64,000 nt of DNA, taken from the NCBI GenBank assembly GCA_964291295.2, contig OZ219754.1, positions 3,072,001 through 3,136,000 on the forward strand, read 5' to 3'. Below are positions 1-9,931 of this stretch, one piece after another; positions within the stretch are counted from its first letter, which is position 1; each line of letters starts with the position of its first letter. The notes under the pieces were generated by a model that did no database searches, had not been told where the DNA came from, and saw nothing but the letters and a program-made list of their open reading frames with translations. Source of the stretch: an uncultured Candidatus Binatia bacterium. GTDB lineage: Bacteria; Desulfobacterota; Binatia; UBA9968; JAJDTQ01. The translations under genes and the position numbers were made by a program.

Positions 1-1060
1 CGTTTGGTGAAGATCACCCCGGGCGCGGTTGGCCGATCCGTGTCCGATGCCGGTCAGGCAGGCTCCTCGCCGAAGACGCAGTCCCTCTGCCGGTGGTTGC
101 GGTTCTCCACGACCCCGTGTCCGCGATTGAGCCGGAGCCGGTCTCTCGGAGATGCCGCTGCGGCATCAAGGGAGGTGAGGACATGGGCGGTTTCCATGTG
201 TTCTTCCCCGGCCCTGTCCCCGTCCTCGCGCAGGGGCTGGCCGTAGCGGGTGATGCGGGTGATCTGGCGGACGCCGGGGTAGTGGACCCGGCGCGGGGGC
301 GGGACGCGGATGGAGCGCGGCTCCGGACCACCGGGAAGCTTGTCGAGTTCCTCCTCGAAGTGGCCGCTGGCGTCTTTCTCCCAGTCAATGCGGGCGAGAA
401 GATGGAAGGTGTCCGGCGCGTTGGCCTTGACCCGGAAAAGATCGTCGGCACCGCACATGCACGGCGAGCACGCAGGCCACCCCGGGCTTCCGGCCCTGGT
501 TCCGGCGGAAGTCCGGCACGACCGCCCGTTCGGCATACTGGGAACGCATCGCCACCGGGTGGCGGGAAGCCAGACCGGGATCGACCGGAGGCGCCACGTG
601 GAACGGCAGCGGACGCGGGTTCGACAGCGGCGCCCGGGGGTCGGGCCGCAGCGGCTTGACCCCTGTCTCCTTCCGCCGACCGTGGGGGTCGGTGGAACGA
701 CCGTTGGCGCGCGCTAACCCGCGGGGCCTGCCCGGCCCGCCGCCTTGTAAAGCGTGCCCGCAAACAACCTCGGAAAACCCCGAATCGCGGAACGTCTCGG
801 CCACAAGCACCGGATGGCCGTGCACCGCCCGCCCGCCGCCGGGTCATCCGCGCCACGAAACGGGAGGCGCCACGAAACGGGAGGCAAGGTTGGGAAACAC
901 TCCGGGCTCGGAGAGCAGCAGAAGGCGCGTGTGGTTGGCGATCCGACCCGGACGCTCGAACGGCTGCTTCGACCGTCCGCCGCTCCAACGATCCCGCGGT
1001 CGGCACTTGAAGGCGCCGTTCTGCCACGCCGCCAAGCCCGGCCATCGACCTCTGAAGGTC
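1..1060 (-). mobile_element. Degenerate ISAs1-family transposase with N-terminal DUF4338 (DruA-like) domain; pseudogene, probably running off the window start
   Basis: Fragments in different minus frames: AAWQNGAFKCRPRDRW..RIANHTRLLLL..FPNLASRF and GHPVLVAETF..DPHGRRKE (DUF4338-like); VKANAP..ETAHVLTSL..RGHGVVENRNHRQRDCVFGEE (ISAs1 WxIENxLHWxxDxxFxED motif, decayed). Several frameshifts. Confidence 0.75.
851..884. repeat. Exact 17-bp tandem duplication CGCCACGAAACGGGAGG x2
   Basis: Read directly; length is not a multiple of 3, so it shifts the transposase frame. Confidence 0.95.
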
Positions 1061-1446
1061 GCCGCATGACGAAAGCCGCGGCCTGCCAGACCGCGAAAGC
1101 CCGGACAAGGATGCCTGTCCATCAGCACGTCCCGGTCCGGACGCTCCTCCGGGAACGCTCCTCCGGCTTCACCCGACCCTCCCCCACCTCCCACAGCGCA
1201 TACCCTTCCGGTGCCTCACCGTGGACCGCGCCCGACCCCTTGCTGATGCGTTCCCACATCCCCCCCATGTCCATCTGCCACCGCACTATCTGCCACAGCG
1301 CAAGAACGCCGGTGCCTGAACCCGGACCTCTCCCGCACGCACCCGACACGCAGCGCGGGACAGCCCTGTGCAATCGGACCGCCTTCCTTGACAGCTGGCG
1401 GCATTCACGGTTTACCCGTCCGGATGAACCAAGCCCCGGGGCGGCC

Positions 1447-2226
1447 ATGGACGAATCGCTGAAAACCCTGCGGCGCAAGGTCGCCACCGGAACCCGCATC
1501 CTCGCCAGCCAGGGATGTCTGGGCGACATACTGGGGCACCTGTCGGCGCGGATTCCGGGCACCGGCCAGATGTTCCTCCGCTGCCTCGGAGACCCGGAGA
1601 AGGGACTGCTCTACACCGACGTGCGCCACGTGCGCCGAGTGGACTTCGACCGCACCGCCGAACAGCTGCAAGGGTACCGGATTCCGCTGGAACTGCCGAT
1701 CCATGGCGAACTCTACAAGGCGCGGCCGGAAGCCCGGGCGGTGCTTCACGCCCACCCGTATCACTGCCTCGTGGCCACCCTCGCCGGCCTGGAATTGCGG
1801 CCCATCTACGGCTCCTATGACCCCTTGAGCCTGAGCGCCGCCATCCAGGGGATCCCGGTCTATCCGAGGTCGGTGCTGATCGACAGCCCGGAACTGGCCG
1901 CGGAGTTCATGGCCGTCATGGGCGACCGTGACTGCTGCCTGATGCGCGGACACGGCCTGACGGTCATCGGACCCACCGTGGAAGCCGTCACCCTGCTGGC
2001 GCTGCGCCTGGAGCAACTGGCACGGATCACCCTGGATGCGGCCCGCGCCGGCGGGGCTCCTCCGGCACCGCTCCCCCGCAGCGACCTCGACGCCTTTGCC
2101 TTCGTGGTGCAAGAGGGTCTTCAGGCCGCGGTGTCGAAAGTCTACGAGTGGACATGGAACCACTACGAGCAACGCGTGGCCGATACGGCGGGACTGCCGG
2201 CGGATGACCCGGAGAGCCTCGGATAA
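1447..2226 (+). CDS. Class II aldolase/adducin-family protein, 3,4-dihydroxyphthalate decarboxylase (PhtC)-like
   Basis: GHLSAR, ELPIHGELYKARPEARAVLHAHP, LMRGHG metal-binding motifs; start moved to ATG 1447 within ORF 754..2226. Confidence 0.85.
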   Translation: MDESLKTLRRKVATGTRILASQGCLGDILGHLSARIPGTGQMFLRCLGDPEKGLLYTDVRHVRRVDFDRTAEQLQGYRIPLELPIHGELYKARPEARAVLHAHPYHCLVATLAGLELRPIYGSYDPLSLSAAIQGIPVYPRSVLIDSPELAAEFMAVMGDRDCCLMRGHGLTVIGPTVEAVTLLALRLEQLARITLDAARAGGAPPAPLPRSDLDAFAFVVQEGLQAAVSKVYEWTWNHYEQRVADTAGLPADDPESLG

Positions 2227-2239
2227 AGCCTTCGGCCAA

Positions 2240-2265
2240 CCCCACCGGTGCGGGCACCGGCGGGG
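2240..2265. terminator. GC-rich hairpin between convergent genes
   Basis: CCCC-A-CCGGTG-CGGG-CACCGG-C-GGGG; no U-tract. Confidence 0.3.
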
Positions 2266-2302
2266 TCCCGGGCACGGCGGTTGGTTCCCGCGCGCGCCCT
2301 GT

Positions 2303-3151
2303 TCAACCCCGGGCGCCGTCTTCCAGGAGCAACAGGCCCATGCCGGTCAACATCGGAGCGTAGTAATTCTGGTGCACCAGCCTGACCTCGGGGGACAGGG
2401 CGCCGCGCATGCCCAGCCACATGATCATCTCCACCGCCTCGGCGCCTCCCTGCACCATGTACTCGTGGTGCGACAACTCCACCAACTCTTCCGGGCGGCT
2501 CACGATGCGCTCCATGAAACGACGGTCCCATGCCTCGTTGCGAAAACCGAAGCGCTCGCCGTGGAGCTGGTGCGACAACCCGCCGGTGCCGAGCACCGCC
2601 ACACGGAGATCCCGCGGCCAGCTCTCCACGGCCACGCGCAGAGCCTGCCCGAGCTTCCACAGCCGGCGCGCCGTTGGCAGCGGGTGTTGCAGCACGTTCA
2701 CGCACAGGGGCAGCACCTTGATGTCCCACCGGGGCTCGTTGGACCAGAGCATGGGCAACGGTGTCAGCAGGCCATGGTCCACCGCCAGCTCCTGGCACAC
2801 GGTCATGTCGAATTCACTCTCCCGGATCAGCGACTCGGCCACGTGCCAGGAAAACTCCGGGTCGCCGGGAACCGGCGCCAGCGGACGCGGACCCCAGCCC
2901 TCGTCCGCCGGCGGGTAGCTGTCGGCCACGCCCATGGCGAAGGTGGGGTACTTGTCGAAGAAGAAGTCGGAGCCGTGGTCGTTGTAGATGAAGATGGCCA
3001 CGTCGATGCGGGCCTCCCGGAGCCATGCCCGGGCCGGCCGGTAGCCGTCGAACAGCGGCTTCCATTCGGGAGCGTTCTGCTGGCCCCGATCGAACGCCGC
3101 GCCCGCGGCGGGCACGTGAGACGATCCGATTCCCGCAACGATCCTGCCCAT
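2303..3151 (-). CDS. ligB: Protocatechuate 4,5-dioxygenase beta subunit / class III extradiol dioxygenase
   Basis: SSHVP, YNDH, VDHG, GTGGLSHQLHGER, EAVEMIMW motifs of the LigB family. Confidence 0.9.
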   Translation of the reverse strand: MGRIVAGIGSSHVPAAGAAFDRGQQNAPEWKPLFDGYRPARAWLREARIDVAIFIYNDHGSDFFFDKYPTFAMGVADSYPPADEGWGPRPLAPVPGDPEFSWHVAESLIRESEFDMTVCQELAVDHGLLTPLPMLWSNEPRWDIKVLPLCVNVLQHPLPTARRLWKLGQALRVAVESWPRDLRVAVLGTGGLSHQLHGERFGFRNEAWDRRFMERIVSRPEELVELSHHEYMVQGGAEAVEMIMWLGMRGALSPEVRLVHQNYYAPMLTGMGLLLLEDGARG

Positions 3152-3152
3152 G

Positions 3153-3533
3153 TTACCTGGCTCCCTGGACGGTGCGCGTGCTCAGGAATTCATCAAGGGT
3201 CTGACCCCGGAACGCCGCCCCGATGTGCTGCAGACTGTCGCCGGTCACCGAGCCCATCTTGTACATGACGTAGATGTTGGCGCCACCCTCACGCGCCAGG
3301 GCCGGCCAGTCCTTCTCGCGTATCCGGTCCTTCTCCCAGTCCGTCAGACCGAACCGCTCCATCAGCGCGTCGGCGTCCTCCCGGAAGGCCGCGCGGTTCT
3401 CGGCCCTGTTGAGGGAGAAGAAGAACTTGTTGAGGCGGTAACCCTTGCGCGACCGGGCGCCGTCGAACACGTAGGTGCCCTCTATCGTCCTGGCATCCTC
3501 GCCGGTCCTGGCATCCTCGCGAGATTCGCTCAT
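3153..3533 (-). CDS. ligA: Protocatechuate 4,5-dioxygenase alpha subunit (LigA family)
   Basis: GTYVFDGARSRKGYRLNKFFFSL..NRAAF..GGANIY; directly upstream of ligB; GAGG RBS. Confidence 0.9.
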   Translation of the reverse strand: MSESREDARTGEDARTIEGTYVFDGARSRKGYRLNKFFFSLNRAENRAAFREDADALMERFGLTDWEKDRIREKDWPALAREGGANIYVMYKMGSVTGDSLQHIGAAFRGQTLDEFLSTRTVQGAR

Positions 3534-3756
3534 GTCCTCGCCCTCCGATGACGGGTTGCTTCACGCGCACGGTCTCGCGTTCACGGGTACGTTTTGCGTT
3601 CGCCGGTACGCAGCATCGAGCATATGACCCTCGGCACACCCGGTCAACCCGCTCGTCGGCCCAACGCCGATTTGACAGGGCGCTGACCCGGCTGATAGGT
3701 GAGGGACACCAAAGTGGGCACCGGAACAGGCACCGATACGGACGGAGAACGCCAGC

Positions 3757-5511
3757 ATGCCGGGACCTCGATTCGAAGACGTGGCCGTATCCAACGGAGC
3801 CGAAGCCTTTCTGGCGCAGATCAACGCCAACCCCGACGTCGACTACATCTTCGCCAATACGGGAACGGACCACGGCCCGATCCTGGAAGCCCTGGCCCGG
3901 ATGCGGCGCAGCGAGTCCAGGGGAGCGGAGATCGTTGTCGTGCCCCACGAACAGGCCGCGGTATCCATGGCTCACGGCTACTACTGCGCCTCGGGCAAGC
4001 CGCAGGTGGTGCTGGTGCACACCCTGCCCGGCACCGCCAACGGCCTCGGCGGGCTCATGAACGCCAGGTCGTGCCAGGTGCCGTTGTTGTTCGTGGCCGG
4101 ACGAACCCCGGTCACCGAGGGCGAGGTGGAGGGCGGCAAGAGCCGCCACATCCACTGGCGCCAGGAGTCCCGTGACCAGGGCGGCATCGTGCGCGAGTTC
4201 GTCAAATGGGATTTCGAGAACCGCGCCAACGAGCAGCTCGGCACCCTCATCCCCCGGGCGTTCAAGATCGCCATGGCGGAGCCCCGGGGTCCGGTGTACC
4301 TGTCGCTGCCGCGGGAGTGGCTGTACCAGTCCATGGAAACCACCCGCGTGTCCGCGGATGTGTTCAGGCCCCCCGGCAAGTACCAGACACCGGTCGCCGA
4401 CCTGGAGCGGGCCGCGGACATCCTCATGGACGCTGCCGCGCCGGTGATCGTGACGCGCTATCTCGGAAGGACGCCCGGCGCGGTGAAGCCGCTGATGGAA
4501 CTGGCCGACCTGCTGGCCATACCCGTGGTCCAGCATCCGCAGTCGCCATACATGAACTTCCCGTCGAGCCACGCCTGCCATGTCGGTCACGACATCGCCG
4601 GTCAGGTGGAACGGGCGGACGTGGTCTTTCTCATGGACATCGACGTGCCCTGGACGCCGGCCGGCCGGGACAGGCTGCGGGCCGACGCCACGGTGCTGCA
4701 ACTGGAGGTGGACCCGCTGTTCTCCTCCATTCCCGTCTGGAGCTTCCCGGTGGACCACGCCATGACCGGGGCCGCCGACGTAACCCTGCCGGTGCTCAAC
4801 GGCCTGATTCGCCAGCGGCTCGACGCCTCGGACGCCCTGCGGAAGGCCGTGGGCGAGCGGCGGGCGCGGGTCAGGGCCGCGCATGACGAGACCCGTGCGG
4901 CACTGGCCGCGCGGATCGAAAGGGTGAAGGACGAGCGGCCCATCCATCCGCTGTGGCTGTCCCGCTGCATCGCCAGCGTGATGGATGAGAAGACCATCGT
5001 CATGGGCGAGGCGGTCACCTCGCCGCTGGGGCCGGTGCTCGAAATGGAAAGGCCCGGGTCGTTCTTCGACCAGGCGCCGGCCGGCCATCTGGGATGGGGC
5101 ATGGGAGCGGCCATCGGCGCCAAGCTGGCCGCGCCCGACCACACGGTAATCGCCTGCGAGGGCGACGGCTCCTACATGTTCTGCGTCCCCACCGCGTGCC
5201 ACTTCACCGCGCAAAAATACCAGGCCCCGTTCCTTACCGTCATCTACAACAACCAGGCCTGGAACGCGACCCTCGCCACCGTTCGCGAACTCTACCCCGA
5301 CGGCGCCGCCCAGCGGACCGGCAACTTCCCGGGCACGGATCTGACACCGTCGCCGCAGTTCGAACTGACCGCGCGGGCGTGCGGTGCCTGGGCGGAGCGT
5401 GTCGACGATCCCGGGGAGGTGGCCGCCGCACTGGAGCGCGGCCTCCGGGCGGTGAAGGACGAGGGCCGCCAGGCCCTGCTGAACGTCATCTGCCGCAACC
5501 CGGCCAACTGA
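3757..5511 (+). CDS. Thiamine-diphosphate-dependent enzyme (acetolactate synthase/benzoylformate decarboxylase-like)
   Basis: PHEQAAVSMAHG catalytic Glu region; GDGS..YNNQ ThDP motif; GGAG RBS. Confidence 0.9.
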   Translation: MPGPRFEDVAVSNGAEAFLAQINANPDVDYIFANTGTDHGPILEALARMRRSESRGAEIVVVPHEQAAVSMAHGYYCASGKPQVVLVHTLPGTANGLGGLMNARSCQVPLLFVAGRTPVTEGEVEGGKSRHIHWRQESRDQGGIVREFVKWDFENRANEQLGTLIPRAFKIAMAEPRGPVYLSLPREWLYQSMETTRVSADVFRPPGKYQTPVADLERAADILMDAAAPVIVTRYLGRTPGAVKPLMELADLLAIPVVQHPQSPYMNFPSSHACHVGHDIAGQVERADVVFLMDIDVPWTPAGRDRLRADATVLQLEVDPLFSSIPVWSFPVDHAMTGAADVTLPVLNGLIRQRLDASDALRKAVGERRARVRAAHDETRAALAARIERVKDERPIHPLWLSRCIASVMDEKTIVMGEAVTSPLGPVLEMERPGSFFDQAPAGHLGWGMGAAIGAKLAAPDHTVIACEGDGSYMFCVPTACHFTAQKYQAPFLTVIYNNQAWNATLATVRELYPDGAAQRTGNFPGTDLTPSPQFELTARACGAWAERVDDPGEVAAALERGLRAVKDEGRQALLNVICRNPAN

Positions 5512-5885
5512 GCCGGCGTGCGCTCCCGCTCCGCCGGGGCGAAACCGGGAGGTGGCCGTCACGCGCTCCGTTCACCCCGGGGAACGACCCCCGCCGCGAT
5601 CCGCATCCGGTTCCCGGAATCAAGGGAAGGTCTGGCAACCCCGAGTTCGCCGAGGCTGGATCCATACGATCAGCAGTTGTGAACCGATCAAGGCCGCGCC
5701 ATCGCCCTGGTCAGACCTTCTCAAGGGCGATTGCGGGCTTGGCGGTTTCGAGTTTACACTATGTGAAGACGAAACCGTGAAGACGAAACCGGCCGGATGC
5801 GGACACGTTCCCGGTCACGTCTTGGCCACGTTGTGGATACCTTTCGGACACGCAGCCGTTGGCGCCGCCATGGCGGGAGGCAATC

Positions 5886-6203
5886 ATGATCTGCAGGATA
5901 TTCTGGGGCAAGCTTCGACTCGGAAAATGGTCGGAATACGAGCGGTACTACAACGAGGTCGTGGTTCCGGCCACGGCGAAGATGCCCGGTTTTCGCGGGC
6001 GCCAACTGCTCCGCAGCTCGGAAAATCCCGACGAAGGGATCTCCCTGACCTTCTGGGAAACCAGGGAAGACATGCAGAACTACGTCACCAGCCAGATCCG
6101 GACCGACATCGCCGGGGGAGCGGAAGGCATGTACACCGGCGAGTACTGGGTCAAGGATTTCGAGGTGAAGTCGCTGTCGCTGCTTTCGCTGGGCAATGTG
6201 TGA
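5886..6203 (+). CDS. Antibiotic biosynthesis monooxygenase (ABM)-like protein
   Basis: MPGFRGRQLLRS..GISLTFWET pattern; GGAGG RBS before ATG 5886. Confidence 0.75.
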   Translation: MICRIFWGKLRLGKWSEYERYYNEVVVPATAKMPGFRGRQLLRSSENPDEGISLTFWETREDMQNYVTSQIRTDIAGGAEGMYTGEYWVKDFEVKSLSLLSLGNV

Positions 6204-6299
6204 ACGGCCTTCGCTCCCCCGACCGCCGGCCATCCGCGCACCCTCCGGAATAGCGGGTGCGCCGGCCGCCGGCGCGCGGCCGGGCCGTTGCCCATGACG

Positions 6300-7142
6300 T
6301 CACCCGAACTGCTCCCTGAGCCATCCATCCAGAACATCGATCACGAAATCCTCGCAACCGGCGTAGAAATGGTTGGCGCCGGGGACGATGACGCAGGTGC
6401 CGGCATCGGAGCCGGCGGCCTCCTCCAACTCCCGTGCGTATTCGCGGAAATACCCGGCTTCGGTCTCTCCCGCGGTCACCAGCAAGGGACAGCCGAGCCT
6501 CGCGGCATGCGGGCGTACATCGTTGGTCTCGTGGCGCCCGTACTTGCTGACGTAGGTCCGGCAGGTGAACAGCCCGGTGGCGCCACTGGCGGGCGCCCAC
6601 AGGAATTCCTCCCCCTCGCCCGCCGCCACCCGGCTTTCGGCACCGGCCATGCGCGCCTCGAATTCCGGATCCTCCGCCACCCTGGCAGCGTAGAACTGTC
6701 TGGGGGCGGAGCAGGAGATGACCCCGACCACGTCCCGCCGCTGGCGCGTCCCCTGGTAGAAGAGCGACTTGACCGAGCCCAGGCTGTGCCCCACCAGCAC
6801 GAAGCGCGCGTAGCCCTCCTGCTGCAACCGCTCCACGGCGGCGTCCAGATCCAGCAGACACTCCTCGAAATTCTCGCAGGTGGCGCCGCGGAAGGCGGTG
6901 AGGTCGCCGCCGCGGGAGATCCAGTCATGGCCGCGGGTGTTGATGGAGAAGGCGTCGTGGCCGCGTCCCGCCAAGGCTTCGGCGAACACCGGCAGCGGCC
7001 CCGTGTAGAAGCTCATGGCCACGCCGTGGATCATCAACAGCGCCAAGTCGGGGTGCCGCGGCGCGGCCGCGCGAAACAACGCCCCGTGCAGCGTCTCGTG
7101 GTCCGAGGTCACGAACGAAAGCAGCCGCGCATGGACCGCCAT
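6300..7142 (-). CDS. Alpha/beta-fold hydrolase
   Basis: IHG oxyanion motif, GHSLG nucleophile elbow, GANHF catalytic His. Confidence 0.85.
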   Translation of the reverse strand: MAVHARLLSFVTSDHETLHGALFRAAAPRHPDLALLMIHGVAMSFYTGPLPVFAEALAGRGHDAFSINTRGHDWISRGGDLTAFRGATCENFEECLLDLDAAVERLQQEGYARFVLVGHSLGSVKSLFYQGTRQRRDVVGVISCSAPRQFYAARVAEDPEFEARMAGAESRVAAGEGEEFLWAPASGATGLFTCRTYVSKYGRHETNDVRPHAARLGCPLLVTAGETEAGYFREYARELEEAAGSDAGTCVIVPGANHFYAGCEDFVIDVLDGWLREQFG

Positions 7143-7178
7143 CGGTTTCTCCTTTCCGCCGGTTGAGGCGCTCGGGGT

Positions 7179-9755
7179 TCAGGACGGCGGCCGGTACGAC
7201 GCGAGCCACCGTGCGAGGGCATCGCCGTCCCGCTCGAGCCACAGCGCATTGGCCCGGATCCGCTCCAGGGACTGGCGCACCGTGCGGGCGGCCGCCGGCG
7301 CCGGATGCGACTCGAAGAAGGCCTCCACCTCCCCGGCCTTCTCCAGGGTGGTGAACTCCTCGGTGGTGAAGGAGACGATCCGCGCCAGGATGAACCCGCT
7401 CTCCTTGTAGCGGAGATCGAACACGTCCCACTCCTCTCGCAGGAAATCCCAGGCCAGATCACGTCCCAGCGGGTTCATGGCAACGCCCGCCACTGCCAAC
7501 GGCGTATCCTGGCCGCGGACCTCCTCGGACAGCGAGAAATCAAGCGTCCGCCGGAGCAGACCCGCGTCGGCGCTGCGTCCCAACGCCCGAAGGCAGCGGT
7601 TCTTTTCCTCGTGAAGCTCGGCGCCGCGGTAGACCCGAAGCACCGCCTCGTACCCATCCACTCCGCGGCTCTCCACCACCTGGCCATACACGGCCGCCCG
7701 CAGGTCCGGCGCCACCGGCGTCCCCCCATCGAACCGGCACAATGCCTCGGCATTCACCCCCGGGTCGCCGTAGCGCCCCAGCAAGCCGATCACCATGGGA
7801 CGAAGCAGCATTGTACCATGACTCTCCCCGGGACGGGCGTCCCAGCCCAACGCCCCATGGATGATTTCGTAAAGGCTCCGGGCGAAAACCCGGAACGACT
7901 CGTGGCAGCCTTGCCCGCAAAGGAGGCCGTCGTAGTCGCGTATATTCTCCGACAGGTCGGCCCAGACCGCGTAGTCGCTCTCGTGACGATACGCCTGAGC
8001 CAGGGCCAGCGGCCGGGAGGGACCGAGATGGCCCGCCCGCGCCAGGGCGAACGCATCGTTCTGGAGACCCAGCCGATCGGTGGCCGCAGCAAGCTCTCCG
8101 GCCGCCACCGCTGCGGCCAGCCGGTCCCAGAGCTCGGCGTCGTAGTTGGTCCGATGGAAACCCGTCTGATCCGGGTTGAGCTTCACCCATCCCGCCCCAC
8201 CGCCGCCCACGTCGATGCGCATCCTCTCGTCCTCCAGGAGCCGGAACGTGTCCCGGGCGCCCGCGGTCCGTATGCCCAGGGGAACCGACCACCGGGTGTT
8301 GTCGTCCCGCCGGCGGACGCCGCTCAGGAAGAACCGCGTCTGGTGCAGCTCCAGCTCTTCCTGCTTCCGCTCCACGGACAGGACCGGGTAGCCGGTCTGC
8401 TTGGTCCAGGTGTCCATGATCTGCTTGACCGGCTTCCCGGACTCATCCGCCAAGGCCTGCCACAAGTCTTCGGTGGTGGCATTGGCGTACTCATGGCGCC
8501 GGAGATAGCGTTGCAGCCCCCGCCGAAAGGTATCTTCGCCAAGATAGGCTGCCAGCATCCGGATCACCGAGGCGCCCTTGCTGTAGCTGATCGCGTCGAA
8601 GATCTCGCTGATCTCCCGCGGATCATTGACCTCGACCTCGATGGGGTGCGAGCTCTCGAGCCCGTCCAGGGACAGGGCGGGACCGAAGTCGCTGTAAACG
8701 AACTGTGTCCAGATATCCCAATCCGGAAAAAGGTGGTCCACGGCGAGGTACTCGATCCAGGACGCAAAACCCTCATTCAGCCACAGATGGGTCCACCACT
8801 GCATCGTGACCAGGTTGCCGAACCACTGGTGCGCCAACTCGTGGGCGATGATGATGGCCACCCGCTGGCGCGTGGCCGTCGAGGATTCCTCCGGGTCCAC
8901 CAGAAGGGCCGTCTCGCGGTAGGTCACGGCTCCCCAGTTCTCCATCGCTCCGGCTGCAAAGTCGGGAATGGCCAGGAGATCCATCTTGGGCAGCGGGTAC
9001 TCGATGCCGAAGTATTCGTGGAAGAAGGACAGCGTGCGCACGGCCACGTCCAGGGCGAACCGCCCCTGCTCCCGCCGGCCCACCGGCGTATAGACCCGAA
9101 CCGTCACACCTTCCCGGGTCCGGGCCTCGACGTGGTCGAACTCGCCTGCGACGAAGGCCAGAAGATAGGTGGACATCACCGGGGTGTCGGCAAAACGCAC
9201 GGTCTTGAACCCGTCGCCCCCGGTCTCGACCTGGCTGGGCGGCATGTTCGACACCGCCACCCGGTCCTCCGGCACCACCAGCGTCACCGCGAACACGGCC
9301 TTGCGCGCCGGCTCATCCCAGCAGGGGAACGCGCGCCGGGCGTCGGTGGCCTCGAACTGGGTCGACACCATGGTCCGCTGCTCGCCGTCCCGGTGGTAGA
9401 CGCTGCGGTAGAAGCCCTGCATCTTGTTCTTGTCGTTCAACTTCCCGGTGAACTCGAAGGCGATCCGCGCCGGACCCGGCTCCAGCGTGTCACCGAATAC
9501 CAACGCGACGGTCTCCCTCTGCTCGTCGGTTTCGATGCGCTCGGGCTCACGGGACACTCCATCCCGGTCCAGCACCGCGGAGTGGATCTCCAGTTCCGCG
9601 GCGTGCAGCACCACCCGCCGCGTGGCCGAACGCACCTCCACCTCCACCAACTCGCGGCCGCCGAAGGCAACGCCTTCCAGATCCGGCCTGAGAGTCAGTT
9701 CGTAGCGTTTCGGGACGACATTGTCGGGCAAACGCACCCATTCCTGCCTGGCCAT
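7179..9755 (-). CDS. M1 family zinc aminopeptidase (puromycin-sensitive/PepN type with ERAP1-like C-terminus)
   Basis: GAMEN, HELAH-x18-E, YSKG; GGAGG RBS before MARQEWVRLP. Confidence 0.95.
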   Translation of the reverse strand: MARQEWVRLPDNVVPKRYELTLRPDLEGVAFGGRELVEVEVRSATRRVVLHAAELEIHSAVLDRDGVSREPERIETDEQRETVALVFGDTLEPGPARIAFEFTGKLNDKNKMQGFYRSVYHRDGEQRTMVSTQFEATDARRAFPCWDEPARKAVFAVTLVVPEDRVAVSNMPPSQVETGGDGFKTVRFADTPVMSTYLLAFVAGEFDHVEARTREGVTVRVYTPVGRREQGRFALDVAVRTLSFFHEYFGIEYPLPKMDLLAIPDFAAGAMENWGAVTYRETALLVDPEESSTATRQRVAIIIAHELAHQWFGNLVTMQWWTHLWLNEGFASWIEYLAVDHLFPDWDIWTQFVYSDFGPALSLDGLESSHPIEVEVNDPREISEIFDAISYSKGASVIRMLAAYLGEDTFRRGLQRYLRRHEYANATTEDLWQALADESGKPVKQIMDTWTKQTGYPVLSVERKQEELELHQTRFFLSGVRRRDDNTRWSVPLGIRTAGARDTFRLLEDERMRIDVGGGGAGWVKLNPDQTGFHRTNYDAELWDRLAAAVAAGELAAATDRLGLQNDAFALARAGHLGPSRPLALAQAYRHESDYAVWADLSENIRDYDGLLCGQGCHESFRVFARSLYEIIHGALGWDARPGESHGTMLLRPMVIGLLGRYGDPGVNAEALCRFDGGTPVAPDLRAAVYGQVVESRGVDGYEAVLRVYRGAELHEEKNRCLRALGRSADAGLLRRTLDFSLSEEVRGQDTPLAVAGVAMNPLGRDLAWDFLREEWDVFDLRYKESGFILARIVSFTTEEFTTLEKAGEVEAFFESHPAPAAARTVRQSLERIRANALWLERDGDALARWLASYRPPS

Positions 9756-9931
9756 GCAAAGACCTCCAAGAGTAGGATCCGAACGGTTCGAGTGACGGGA
9801 CAGCGACGACGGAACAGCGACACTCAGATCGGCCAGCGGTGCTTCGACAAATCGATGCGGCGGCCGTATGCCGACCCTTCCCTGAAACCGCCGCACGCCC
9901 GGGGCACCCCGGCCGTCTACGTCTACAGGCG

